64,000 nt of DNA from Nemertoderma westbladi. Its lineage: Eukaryota > Animalia > Xenacoelomorpha. Position numbers and translations under genes: made by a program. The stretch is taken from positions 9,069 to 73,068 of the forward strand of contig JAUCBJ010000341.1 in assembly GCA_032718475.1 (NCBI GenBank), given 5' to 3'. Under the pieces are notes generated by a model. The model saw only the letters and a list, made by a program, of their open reading frames with translations. It made no database searches and was not told the DNA's origin. Position 1 is the first letter of the stretch. Each line of letters opens with the position of its first letter. This document shows positions 37,591 through 51,175 of the stretch, one piece after another.

Positions 37591-38387
37591 TTGGCGGGTC
37601 GTATCTATAGTAGGTCATGTGTATTGTTTGGCAGAAACAATTGAATAAGGTGTAACATGGTGTCCTGAATCGAGAGGTGGACTGTGTTTTTTGTAAAAAC
37701 ACGAGGAATCGGTCGAAATGGCGTGTTTAAAAGTAAGCGCAGTTTAAATTCTTGATGACCCTCATCAAAAATATATTTAATTGTTGTGTCAAAAGACACC
37801 GCAAGACTCTCCGCTTTCAATTGATATAAGCTACGTGTGAAATGATTGAGATTTAATATGTATTTGAATGGATCGAAAATCACTCTCCATAGAAACAAAA
37901 ATTAGAAATTATCAGATTGATTACTTTGAATTGACGTCAAATATGTACTGTAGCAGCCAATCACAGCCGATTTTCAAAATTGGCTTCCCGGGCTTACTTA
38001 AAACCCGACACTTTGACCGTTTCCAGGTATTTTTACAAAAAACACACCCCGCCAGTCGTTTCCTGGCACCTTGTTACTTATTAAATTGTTTTTAGTGCAC
38101 CGACCCTATTGTACACACAGACAGAATTTATAATTCCACTGTCTGCCGCTGGGGGGCGGATTGTCAGAAATGTAGCAAAAGCTCTAATTATAGTACCAAC
38201 CAACCATCAGATGAGCATTGCTTAATTATAAATTAGACACACAATTTTATAGTTCCTCTGTCTTTCTCTAGCAGGAGAATTTACAGAAAAGGAGAAGTAA
38301 CTCTAATTATAGAATCAACCATCAGAATAATCTGAAATTTGCTAAGAGTAGTGGATCAAACAGAAACAAGTGCTCGCAACACAGTAT

Positions 38388-38416
38388 CGTGCTGCGCGAA
38401 GGCCCCACGAACATGT
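38388..38416 (+). mobile_element. 3' terminus of a third TGT-bounded element
   Basis: CGTGCTGCGCGAAGGCCCCACGAACA-TGT. A possible 5' end TGTGGGGC lies at 34453 but diverges immediately after. Confidence 0.6.
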
Positions 38417-41182
38417 AACAAATATTGTAATACAAACATCTACATAGCAACTCGCATCGCATTCAACTTATGGAGTCAGTAATGTTTAAAGATTTTGTAA
38501 AAATTCTATATTTCCATTTCCTATATTACACTGTGAGTAAGTACTCGTTTATTGCCATTAATATATTTCGCGATCCCTTATTGAAACAAATTGGATACGC
38601 AATTACGACCCTAATTGACACCATGACACTTTATTTTAATCTCCTAAATAAAATCGATTTTACTATACTGCTGAATCGAAGAGGCAACGCCATTGCGGTT
38701 CTAATGGCATTCAGGGGGGAGCTGCTATGTGATCGGAAGGCGTAATGAAGGGCAATACTACGGAAGATATAGTGTTCAATCAATAGATTCTAAGTGCGCA
38801 TAGAATGCGCGCGCATGTACAACAGTGCGGTGTCTCAAAGTAGGGCAAATCAAAGCGACAGTTTGTAAGACTAGCACGTCTTATATCCCCGCCTCTAAGT
38901 ACGCACATTCTTAATTCTGTGTATTTACTGCCGGACGGGCCCGGAAATAAGGTGAGTGAGTAAGTTATATTGTTCTGTAATATTCATAATGTACAGTATA
39001 ACCTTAACTGCATCTTATACGAAAATTATGGGTACACTTTTACCAAGTTTGGAACACAAAATGTACCTACCCACTTGGTGTACTTGTAGTGTGTCAAAAG
39101 TATTTGTGGGGGGAATTTGCGATTCCCCTAGTCTGGCGCTAGAGGGCGAAATGTTTGAAAGTGATAATTTAATCGTTTATGATCCATTCAAGCTGCAACT
39201 TCGCGAATATATTAATAGATATTTATATATTACCTTGACCTTTGCCCTTGCCTTGCCTTGACTTTGGCCTTGTCTTTCTAGAACACAGAACATGTACAAT
39301 ACTCCCGTTACCAGTGCTGTTCTTGTAGTGACAAATTAACTAAACCCAAATACATAAACATAAATTACAAGTTAACTAATTATTTGATTAATATTATTTT
39401 GAGGTGTTTAGTTAAATAATAGTTGAAAATATGTCTGCTTGGAGATATATACGATTGTACTACTGTACTTGATGCAGTTTGGGTAAATCATGGACTCCCA
39501 TATAGACAGATATCACACATTTCCTGAGGACTGTCGAGGTTTAACTGTTATAATTTGTAATAAATGATATGGGTTAATTGGTTTTATAATCGTTTTGTTT
39601 TGGGAGCAACTATTTTACTTTGTTTTTGATTTGGCTAGTTTGGAAACAAATTACATTGAGTATCATTTCCAATAATCGTAGTTTTTACACCATAAACCTT
39701 TCCGTATAAGACATTATTTATCAAAAGGAACGCCATAACGTATCAAAACTAACGCAATAATGCATCAAATCGATAATTTAACGCCATCATGTTGCTAATT
39801 AACATACCTCATTAGTGGATAAGATAATTTGACAGCATTAATACCCTCGATTTCTTTATGGAATTTGCGCTCTTGGTCTCACGATGTTGTGGTCACTCAC
39901 TTTGAGTCTAGCATGGAGATCCCTGGTTCGGTCCTTTGCCGAATCCTTTAACCGGGAGCCGTGTCCAGCGAAATGGGAATCTAAATTCAGCTAGATAAAA
40001 GGGTTGGAGTGCTCAACCTTGGTAGTTATTGCTGCGTCCTCCCTGATCACAGGTAAGTGCAATGAAAAACTCCTTTAGTTGCATCTGGTGTTTCATGTTT
40101 TACACTCACCGATACAGTAAGTTTTAGTTTTTTATTGGGATTTTTTTATTATTACTATTAGCCCAATTTTGGACTATTCAGCTCATTCGTTCCATATTAA
40201 TTATTTTATGCTGCGAAGTAAAGGTCTGTGTAATTTAATAACATCAATCCTTACCGTAGATTAACAAATGACTGCAGCAGTGGTGACAATCGAAAATATC
40301 CGCCCATCTCTACCATATATAAATGATCAACCAGCAGGTGAGCAGTAGGAGGCAACTAATTGACCTCCTTCGCTGCGCAGTTCCCGGGATATTTATGGTA
40401 AACTGTGTCTCGATATCCTTCAGTAATTATGTAAATCCTAAGTGAGTGTCCCGGGAAAATATATTAAATCATTACCGGGGACTACTGAATAAGATAAGAT
40501 AAGAAAGATAGGGCCGTCCATTCAACCCAGAAAAGTAGCCAATCCCATGTCGTTTCTACCCAAATATACCAGAAATATACACCACAATATATCCTGCTTC
40601 GGTATACACACTACACTACAATGTACTCTGGCTCTGTGGTACACATACTACACTACACTAATGGACAATCTATGCCTCTTTCCTCGCATCAGATCGCATC
40701 TCAATAATTTATATCGACCTTTGCGCCGAAACATCGCCGATAATTGATGTACCTGCTTGATTGATCACCAGCATTGCGTATTTCCGCACTTAGCTTTAAT
40801 TAAGGATTTGCCGCTCTTTGATATTAACGTACATTGAGGTCCAATATGAATTGTCCAAGTGATGCTGTTACGGGGACAAATTTCGGCAATGTTTTTCAAG
40901 AGGTTACCACAGTACTGGGTCCAGGTCAGGAATAGGCTGAACTTCCCGGTGATAGGAGAGACCTGTAAGTTTTGAAGTGGTGGGATAGCAGGTTTGACTC
41001 CCCGTTGGAGCTATGTTTTGGCAACAAGGTGACACCATAATTGTAAAGCATCTCTTTGTTTATATGTGCATCATATCAACAATTTGCATTCACTTCATAA
41101 TATTTTTGTATATCAGATCAATCAGATCCATGGATTGTGATCTGGTCCGCACATGCACGGCTGCTGTAAGGAAAAGTCCCAC

Positions 41183-42334
41183 TGTTCGCGCTTTTAGACC
41201 TTTAGCAGTTTAACCTGCCAAATTTAGGTGTCTTCTAGATTATAAATCGACTTTAGCCTATGACGAGTATTTGATACACTACATTAGCCGAAGCCAGCCT
41301 ATGCGCGACCATTCACCCGCTGGATATACCCGGGAGACTGGATTCGGAAGCTCTGACCTTATTGCGGTGTAGGCCTACTGTATTATTCGATTGATCGTTA
41401 ATATATAATCTCTGACCAATATTATTCACTTTCGGGAAATATTAACAGTTCCTTTAGGACGTGGCGCTCTAAATATGTAAACAGAGTTATGACTTATACT
41501 AGACACAACGGGATGGCTATGGATTCACGTATAAAGCGCATTCTTTAGGAGATGCTTTGTTATCATTCACAATCATGCACACTACCGCACAATGCTGCAC
41601 ACCGATCTGCCAACCTTCACTAATTTTAGTCACATATAAAGAGAACAACAACCGACTCATGTAGTGCCTATGAAATAGCATTAGATTCACTCCAAAACCA
41701 CTTTAATGTAAGTCGCAATTGTTATATGTAACCGGTCTCTCTAACCTTCAGTATATCAAGAAGATTGGGGTTTTCTGATTATTTATAGATATTATCCAAA
41801 TATAACAAGATTCCATCAACTGATATAATTAATAACCGAATAAACCATAAATAGCAGTGAAATAATGCGGTGAAAGCATAATGCATATGTACTGAGTTGG
41901 TTTGATAACAGTTATACGTTTCTATGACCAAAGCCTAGTAATGTTTGGCTAAAGCCTGAAACACAGTAACTCCAAAGCCGGTCTTCTGGCTGTGGACAAA
42001 ATACACATACTGACTCAATTCATGAGTTTCTGTATACAATCTCCAACACAGAGTCAAAAAACGCTCTGATTGGTCGACCGAACAAAGAGAGAACGAAGAA
42101 CAAAGGAATGTTACACGTGGACATATCAGCTGTTAGATGTCGTCATGGTAACTACACTGTATCAAGAGGATTTTGGCTTATTGCGACATAAGATCGCTAG
42201 TTATGTCCGCTAAAGTACAGCTAGTTATGTCCGCTAAAGCACACATACAGAAGAAATGGCTCTTTATATCCACTAAAGCACCTACAGAGTACTTTGCGGG
42301 AAAATAACTAGCTAGATCCGCAAAAGCCTTTACA
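41183..42334 (-). repeat. 3' LTR of copy C (TGTAAAGGC...GCGCGAACA)
   Basis: Follows GGGAGCGG on the minus strand; its 3' half is close to the copy B LTR. Confidence 0.88.
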
Positions 42335-42412
42335 CCGCTCCCAGAAAATGGGATTTAATTCTATAAAATATAAAAAATCACAGTTTCTAAAATATAAAAA
42401 TACTCTAAACAG

Positions 42413-43740
42413 TTAGTTTTTCTTGCGCGGACGGCGTTTACGCAGTTTTTTGAGGCTAGCAAGAGCCCTTTTCTCTTTGGGGCGAGCCACTTTACTAGGA
42501 GGGCTATAACCCTTGGGTAAAGGGTGCAATACAATTACATCTGAGGGTTTAGGGTTACGGTCGATGTCTCGTCCATTTCGATATGCTTCTCCTCGAGCTG
42601 ATTTTCCTCCGCTTATCGTTGGATGCGTTCGTCCAAAACTCTTGCAGAGAATAGGGTCGTCCAAGTTCGATATCTTCTTAGAGATTCTGAATTTCCTGAT
42701 CGAACTGAGATAAAGTTAATTCGTTTACCGCTTGGACTTGCTACTGCAATTTACGTTTCTCTAAACAATTGTAGGTTCATTTTCCGATCTTTTGACGAAT
42801 AGCGTCTAACGCATTTCGTACAACTCTCTCCTCCGCCTCGGTGACAGGTTGTATGGGGTTAAACCGGGACGATGATACGGTTGGATGACGATATTAGATG
42901 TCCGCGTCCCAATCCGGCTAGGTAAGATGGGCGAATATCTAGGGAGCCCACAACCGGAGTGCCACCGACTAATTGTTCAGGTAACACTAGATCTTTGAAC
43001 AATGAGTACAGTTCGGGAAGATCCCTGATACTATTAGGGTCAAGAGTCTGGGTTCTCACTAGGGAGTGAGGAGGTCTGATCGAGTATTCCGGAACTCAGA
43101 TCATAGGTTTATTTAAGGATTGTTTGAGTCGAGCAAGCGTCGGTGATACATCGAACAAGTTTCGCTCGAAACTCCCGTAAATATAGCGAGTAAAACCGCG
43201 TTTAAAGCAACGTCTCCGCTGATGTTTATGTCTTTCCGTTTGTTGGTTGGGTCTTGGGCATTCATCGCAATAATACCAAAGACGCACGTCTTATAGGGGA
43301 AACGCGGGTGATATTTATTCGGTTTTACAATATTCCTCCATCTGTTCGAAGCTATCTGGGATGACAGGTAGCGGTCGATCGGCGGTAAGATACATCATAG
43401 TGAAATAGAGTCGTTTGAGTTCTATCATAGGATCATGATGTATACCTTGAGGATATCGAGTTTCTAGATTTTGTTGATTGGCAATATTGAGATATGTTTC
43501 TCTCATGAATTCCAGATAATCGTTGAAGTCGCTGCGTTTATCCGGCTCTTCAATGTCTTCTCTTTCGAGTCTGTTTCGAATAGAATTCTCGTGTTCCATT
43601 CTCGGTTTATCGTTCCGCCTCCGCTGGGTAGGATATTTAAATAAAACCATTTCCCTTTCGGTGTCTACATCATCCGTATCGTGTAAATCGATAGGATGGC
43701 CGGTAGTTAAGAAGTCCATATACGTACCATTACGATGCGT
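42413..43740 (-). pseudogene. Copy C accessory ORF remnant (same exonuclease deletion as copy B)
   Basis: QQNLETRYPQGIHHD, WYYCDECPRP and KKLRKRRPRKKN lie in broken frames. Confidence 0.8.
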
Positions 43741-45321
43741 ATAGCGAGGTGCACTGGTGCACCTCGCTGGTGCACCAGCGCGCTGGTGTACTTTCGCCGA
43801 TGTGCCTATCGCCAACGTCGTAGCTGCACAACGACCACAACAACCAGCGCGAGTCACTCCACCGTCCGTCCCAAAGGCTTAGATTTACTTCAGGTTCTTA
43901 CTGGAGAGTTAGGGCTACTTTCACAATTGCGACTCGCTACTGTAAACACACTTTAGTAGTAACATTCACCTATAAATGCACAAATTCCACACAACTGTCA
44001 CAAACCGCACACATTCGGGCCATTTGTCCGTTAGTCAAGTGCCTTCCAGAATGCCACGTTATTATTGGGTATCCTGGGATACTAGCAGTGTGCTATTTTA
44101 TTCCTTATGCTATTCAATGGGGCAAGCCTTTATTGTTCTTTTAACTCACTTCTAATTCTAGCGTGGTTGTTGCCATGGTGACATTATGGAAAGCTAGCAG
44201 TAGAATTAGGGTAATTCTCATGCATACAGATCTGGGATGCTATTTAATAGTAATTCTTTAATTGTCAATATTCCTCTTTATACATGATTTTATGAATTTT
44301 ATCGGCTATTGACTATATATTGGAGATTCTCGCACACTAATATACTTAATAGGGTGAATCTCCGCTCCCATGATCTATTAATTAATGGAATTTTGGGAAT
44401 GTTATAAATTGCATAAAAATGACAATTTATCAAATTCATTAAAAGATGTGAATTTAAATTTATTCCCGTAAATTTTATTATTTAATATTAAAATAGACAC
44501 AATTTTATTCCAGAACATATCTGGGGACTGGGATCCTTGATTCTAGGAAATTTGTCCTTTTAAGAGTATCGGTAAGTGCTACGATATCTTAATTGACTAG
44601 AATTTTAAAAGATCTAAAATTTGACAGATTTTATAAATATTAATAGTTAATATTTAAGATGGGCACCGGTTTATTCCAGAACATGTCTGGGGACGTTAAC
44701 CACTGATTCTAGAATTTTGTCTTTTAAGTATATCGGTGGGTGCCGCAATATCTTAATCGACTAGAATTACAGATGGTCAAAGGGTTTAACAGATTTATTT
44801 TGCGTTTTACGCTACTGTTAAAGGGACATCACGCTACTATATGTATTATTTAATATACGGTATGAGAGCAATATCGCACGAAGCAATGTCAGTGAGAAGA
44901 GGCAAGTCGTTTCCAAGGTCTACCCAGAGCTTGGTTTAGCCGAGACACGAGGATCTGAACTTTGCATTCCTAATACTCTACTTACCAATAATACTTAAAT
45001 ATAGTAGGAGCTTTATTGTACTTTAATAAGTACGGATATTTCATCTTACTGTAGTCACGTATTTATAATATGATACGGACAGTAAGGAAAGAGAAAAAGA
45101 ATTATTTCTCGCCGTCGCACTAAATATATAATATATAAGTAATTAAGTAATAAACGCGAATATATATTGCACTAATCTACTAGATAATCGCTAAAATAAC
45201 ATTCTACTAAATAAAATTAAAGAAAACGATTATAATAAAATTACATAATAATACATACATAAATATAAAATAATAAAAACAAATATAAAATAATATAGTC
45301 ACACACCCACTCCAGACGCTG

Positions 45322-48071
45322 TTACGTTGGGGAGTCCCTAGATGTTTGTTGGATTAGGGAGGTGGTCGTGGGAAGAGTATCTTGCCTTCCATAGTTTCCA
45401 GACAGTTCTCGGTCTCGTTCCAGTAAACATAAACGACCAACTGGGCGATTGAGCTGCTGTGTCTCGAAGACAATTCCAGGTTTCCTCTTCGTCCTGGAAT
45501 AGTGACGATAGAAACATCGCTTCAAATACACGACGGCCTTACAAAGCCGATTCCAGGATCTATAGTGGTCCATCGCTCCCGGCAGGAGAGGTGAGAGTCC
45601 CGGCGAGACGTCTGGTGTTCCAGATCTCCAGTCTCTCTCTCTGATCTCCACAACAGATCGGTTCGCGGTGGGGGAGTTTAGATCCACAGCGTCGTCCCTG
45701 GCAATGTGTAATACAGACAGATCTATCACAGGTTTAAATAACCTTGATTTACTCGTCCGGGTTTTAGGTTTGACTTTCTCCGCTCCCTTGGCTTGTCTAA
45801 TCTCAGCCGTGGTAAGATGGGGAGGCCATTCATCTTCTTTACTTAGGAAGTCGGGTCCACCTAACCAGTCTGGAGTATCTGTCAGTTCTTGAGGAGTTGT
45901 TCCTCTGGAAGCAATGTCGGCTAGATTAATCGTCTCGGGGCAATATCTCCATTGATCTACATTAGAGTTAATATCGTCATTATCTGAGGAGTATGGTGTT
46001 CCCTCAGTTGGGTCGTCAACTTCACTGCTCTCCACTTCCCATTCACGTAATTGATATACCTGTTCTTTTGGTAATCTTTCCATGAGAGTTCTACGGGAAG
46101 GGCCAGTAAAGTACCAACCTACTCTAGTTCTTCCCGCATAGACTTGTAATGGTTGCGGTTGAGCAGGCTGTTTCTCCAATGTCTCAAGCGCTTCATGCGC
46201 ATTTTGGCCGATGAGTATTTGCACTCCAGGGAAATCTGTGTTGAATCTAGGTATATTAAGCTGCTGGGTGGAATCGTCCTCATCCCAGTTGTAAGGTTCT
46301 ACTTGGCTGGTAGCGAAGTTCTTTATCGCCACCATTTTTACTGACCTTATACTGTATTCTCCTAGTTCATCCTGGGGGGTGGACAACGCACCTACATAAT
46401 AATCTGCTATTACTGTAGATTTCCAAACCTGCATAATTCCTGACATGTTTAACTTAGTTCGGAACTTGGGTTGTCCAGCAAAGATGTCTTCGGCTAGTTC
46501 TTTGTCGATGAATGTTCCTGTGCTACCGGAGTCAAGAAGGACGTTCACTATATAACTCCTTTTAGGTCCGTGGACCCTCAACTGTACTACAGGAAATTCT
46601 CGGATTCCTACATTGGAAGTTGGTGCTTTCCAAGGTGGTTGTCGGTCAGAAGTATTTAGGGGGAGCTCGCTATCGGTGTCCCTTTTATACGTAAGTGCCT
46701 CGATACACTGCGGTATTTATCAGGTAACAGGATTCGTTTTCATCGGAGAATTCGTCCGTATAGAATCCTTCCATCTCAGAACTTTGGTCAGTGTCGTTCA
46801 CATCACTGAATTGGACATGTAGTTCGGAATCACTTACCTGACTCGGGCTGTTTCGTTCGAATTCAGTGTGCAACAAGATATGATGTTTTGCGCCGCACTT
46901 TGCACACCTTGCATCGGAGTAACAGGTTCGCCGTTGGTGTCCTCGTCTGAGGCAATTATAACACAACCGCTTATCCCACATGACTTCACGTCTATCCTTG
47001 AGTGATTTCCTCAGGAATTCATCACACGCACTTAAACGGTGGGGCCCGTCGCACAGCACACATTTTGGTTTGATGTTACTTACCTTACTTTGAGTAACGT
47101 TGTGCACACTCGTTCTTTCCTCGGGCTTTCTTACATGAATTCTCGTAGGAGACGTAGGAGGAGTTTTTCTTACCTGTTCTCTCCTGTCATTGGTTCGAGA
47201 ATTGAATTTACTTACGTCCTTAGGCGCTTTGTTGTCATAGTAAGATCTTTCAGTGTCTTTCCCACTGTCTTCCTCTTGAGAAGCCTGGCTTTCGCCGTCG
47301 TCTGTATAACACACTGGTGTTACTTTTCTCCTAGAAACGGGTTTCTCACTTACCTTGTTTTCCGGTGTCTTCTCTCTGGACTGCTTTAGGAGCTGTAATT
47401 TCACTTCTCCATCTAAGAATGACATGAGATCAGCCATGGTAGGGTCTCGTCGTTGTTGTTCCATCATATATAACACTTTCTTATCCCAGCGTGTACCTAC
47501 TCCACCCTTCGGTAAAGTAGAGGCCACGGCTCCAATAACCATAGAACTTTGATATTCATGAGACTTACCTAGCCAATCTAATTGTCTACAGATCTCCTGA
47601 ATCTCATCGGAAAACTCTATAATCCCGCTGCTAATGAATTTTCGGGGCGCTACCAATTTTGCATACAAATACCTAGCTATGTTATTCCTATTACCATACC
47701 TGATGTTTAGGGTATCCCAAACTTGTCTTAATCCATCTGGATGTCCAATAAACTTTGACGCCGTTAACTTGGGAGATCCTTCCAAGCACTCGATGAGGAA
47801 TCTAAGTTTCTCTCCGTTAGATAGCACAGAGTTCTGTATGTTATCTTTGTAATATTCATTAAAAGGTAACCATTTCATCTCCTCTCCATTGAACTTGACG
47901 ATCTCTCCCACCTTTACCGCTTGACGGGCTTCAGTTCTAGCCATTTGACGCGTAAAACTTTCTTGGGCCATCGTGTTATTTAATATCGAGTTATCGGTAT
48001 ATAAATTTCTCGGATTATTATCAAGTCTATATGGAATATCATTGTCAACAGGTTTATAATTACCCTTAATC
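45322..48071 (-). pseudogene. Copy C gag-protease remnant (frameshift near 46695)
   Basis: ORF 46685-47971 has DUF1759-like motifs and three knuckles. ORF 45322-46581 has LLDSGSTGTFI and the SDNDDINSNVDQWR junction. Confidence 0.9.
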
Positions 48072-48136
48072 GTTTTTAATATTTATGATCAATCATTAAG
48101 TTTAAATAGCAGGAAAGAAATACATATCGATTAAGT

Positions 48137-48589
48137 ATGTTATCTACAGAGGACCTTGATATGTTTCCAGTGGGTGGTCACTATTTGGGAGCGTTTCCAT
48201 CTAACAAATTACCTAAATTAGATAATAATAAGCGGAGAGATTATGGGTTAATAGTAAACACCGATAAACAGCATCTACCCGGGGTTCATTGGATTGCTAT
48301 ATATATATGAGATAATGAGGCTGAATTATTTAATTCATTCGGACCAAAATATCCAAACAGATGTATCGAAAAATGGCTTGAGAAAAATTCAGCAAGATGG
48401 CGTACTACCCGGAAACAATTTCAAGACCCCAGGAGGACCACATGTGGATTATACTGTCTTTATTACTTGGTAAATCGAATTCATACAAACTATCCAATGA
48501 GAGCATTTACAAATAATGTGGAAATAAATGAAATAATATTATATAAATGGCTTGTTAATTATTATAAAATAAACCAACAAGCGTTGTAA
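48137..48589 (+). pseudogene. Adenain-like (Polinton) cysteine protease with in-frame TGA at 48308-48310
   Basis: Manual translation: YLGAFPSNKLP...LIVNTDKQHLPGVHWIAIYI*...LFNSFG...QFQDPRRTTCGLYCLYYL. Absent from the ORF track because of the stop. Confidence 0.85.
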
Positions 48590-48620
48590 TTAATCATTTA
48601 ACTTTTGTTTATCAGATAAA

Positions 48621-49219
48621 ATGGATAATATTATTTTTGTTGATTTTCAATATTATAAGATAGACAATAAGGAATATCCGGTAGTATTTAAAGAATTTCT
48701 ATATTCGATTCTAATTACACCAAAACTAATGTAAAGACGTTTTTAATTAAAGGTCCACCTAATATTAAGTTATCAGCATTAGATGAAGCCCACGTAAACA
48801 ATTTACGGGACATGACTTCGCATTTACCTTGGGATTACGGCAACATTTCGCAAGATGACTTTAAAAAGTACATGAAGAGACATTTAAAATATAAAAAAAA
48901 TATACATGTATTTGGGTTGATGAAGCTGGCAATATTAGTTTCCCAACTTGATGTTCTCGCACCAAATTCGATGGAGAAATGGTGGATATATCAGCAATAT
49001 TACAACTATTTAACCCCATGCCGCTTCCACGATCAATTTATTACACTAGAAAATAAATGTGCTTTCCACTTAAACACAAGGGATAACTGTCTGCGGTACT
49101 GCTCTGCAAAACGAGTCGGCGGGTTTGAATTGAAACGATTTTTCGTGAGAAAGCGTTTAACTGACACTGATGATAAACAGAAAGAAATAACTGCGGTGGA
49201 AGATGTACTCGTACAGTAG
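48621..49219 (+). pseudogene. Frameshifted virus/Polinton-type hypothetical protein (possibly degenerate DEDD-like fold)
   Basis: MDNIIFVDFQYY...VFKEF, then after a frameshift FLIKGPP...HLPWDYG...VFGLMK...CAFH...YCSAKRV. Confidence 0.45.
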
Positions 49220-49606
49220 GTTTACTGTAAGCTTGTAATGTGATGGGATATAATATAATTTTATTTTGGTGATGATCTTGATGTTAATATAAAAATATAA
49301 TAAAATATAATTTTTTTACAACAAGTTCTCTAAAAGAGTCAATTGCGGTAGGTTAACCATGCACATTTAACAATATGACGTAGACGTAACATGTACAGTA
49401 AGTATTCTCGACATCATTCTAATATAGTTGTACTGGTATTGCGAAACATCCTATACATCGCAAACTAATAACACATACAGTAGTTGACTAGTGATATAAC
49501 TTTAGTAATATTAGTCAGAAATGCAACATAATCTGTATAGGATGTAATGTTAACCTGTTGGTACCGGTACTGATAAATTCAATAATTTATTATAGCCCTA
49601 ACCACA

Positions 49607-50530
49607 ACTGTCATCCACTTTATCAGTACCGGTAGTGTTTTACTCTTCCAACACTGTAGTCGCGGTCTACTGGTATCAGTACAGCAGTAATCTGATGCAA
49701 TAGCATACTGCTGTCATGACCTGGATTACATGCAGGGGTCTCACATATAGGGATTAGATCACCTACCCAAACAATACAGTACTGCAGTACTGTCACTGTT
49801 GTTGTAACAGTATAGTCAGATAGAGCATACTGATTTCCTTTGATTAGCATTGTACTGCAGTACCGGTACTACAGTATTAATGTAACAGTACCTTGCAGTA
49901 ACAAACTAAGCCAATGTATACAATATCGTGAGCCAGTTACAATCAGATGTGTACGCAGTCAACCGCACGCTGCTGGGATGCGGTCAACCTCACAGCTAGC
50001 CTCGCAGCTGCTATCTACAACTATCATCCACTTTATCAGTACCTGTAGTGTTCTACTCTTCCAACACTGTAGTCGCAGTCTACTGGTATCAGTACAGCAG
50101 TAATCTGATGCAATAGCATACTGCTGACATGATCTGGATTGCCCGCGTGGGTCTCACATACAGGGATTAGATCCCCTACCCAAACAATGCAGTACTGCAG
50201 TACTGTCACTGTTGTTGTTGTAACAGTATAGTCAGATAGAGCATACTGATTTCCTTTGATTAGCATTGTACTGCAGTACCGGTACTACAGTATTAATGTA
50301 ACAGTACCTGCAGTAACAAACTAAACCATTGTATACAATATCGTGAGCCAGTTACAATCGGATGTGCGCGCAGTCAGCCTCGCAGCTGGGATGCGGTCAA
50401 CCACGCAGCCACCCTCGCGAGCAGCATCGCTGCCAGCCTCGCAGCCAACCTCGCAGCCAGCCTCGCAGCCAACCTCGCAGCCAGCCTCGCAACCTGCCTC
50501 GCAGCTACTATCGGTTAGGCTCGCAGTCAG
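49607..50530. repeat. ~415-bp direct duplication followed by 12-bp (GCCTCGCAGCCA) repeats
   Basis: tcatccactttatcagtacc occurs at about 49611 and 50024; the 12-mers run from 50430 to 50505. Confidence 0.85.
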
Positions 50531-50620
50531 CCCGTGAGAGTCATGCTTATTCAAACGAGGTTAGTTTTCCCTAACTACTGATAGATTGATTGAAAAATAA
50601 TAATGTTTAATTTTCACCTT

Positions 50621-51175
50621 CTAATTATCAATATATTCTACACCTAAAGTCACAACACCAAACATTAATAAATAATTAACCAGTTTACTAAATATAGGAT
50701 AATAAATGTGAAATTTGCTAGGTGAACACATTAAAGTACATTTACCGGTATGAAAGCAGCAAATGACTACGGTATTATTTATTCTTATTTTGCAATTATT
50801 AAAAATTTCAGGTTCATATATAACTTGAAGTTGTACATTATCAAAGACAACATAAAACCCAGTATTGTTTATCAATAACCTATAGACTACAGACTTAATG
50901 CTAAAAATATAAGTACATAAATTAACAGATTTTAAAATCAAATTAATACTAGTTTTATCAAATATATGCTTTTTTACTTTTTGGAAATTATACTTACTAC
51001 CTAATAATGTAATACGACCATTTTTAAATATTAATAATGTGGCACCAAATATCTTATATATAAACTGATTTGGTTTGAGTATGTGTTTACCAGATAATTG
51101 ATTTTTTAATTCTTTCAAATTAATCGCTGACACTTGCTGGCAACTTACATTCTTATTAACTATCTGATAGTTCAT
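50621..51175 (-). CDS. Divergent TATA-binding-protein-like protein
   Basis: Two TBP-type repeats: ATLLIFKNGRITLLGSK and IYEPEIFNNCKIRINNTVVICCFHTGKCTLM (compare LIF.SGK.V.TG.K and YEPELFPGL.YR...LIF.SGK). 184 aa is about TBP core size. Overlaps the PolB stop. Confidence 0.7.
   Translation of the reverse strand: MNYQIVNKNVSCQQVSAINLKELKNQLSGKHILKPNQFIYKIFGATLLIFKNGRITLLGSKYNFQKVKKHIFDKTSINLILKSVNLCTYIFSIKSVVYRLLINNTGFYVVFDNVQLQVIYEPEIFNNCKIRINNTVVICCFHTGKCTLMCSPSKFHIYYPIFSKLVNYLLMFGVVTLGVEYIDN

Larger units (their letters stand above)
41183..48071 (-). mobile_element. BEL/Pao copy C, 5'-truncated, RT/RH/IN-deleted
   Basis: LTR 41183-42334, PPT, accessory remnant, intergenic region, PR and partial gag. 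Homology with copy A gag stops near 48071. Confidence 0.9.

Noticed and set aside
39880-41012. tRNA or tRNA-derived SINE (B-box-like GGTTCGGTCC near 39925, GGTTTGACTCC near 40991)
   Set aside because: No cloverleaf or convincing A box could be built.
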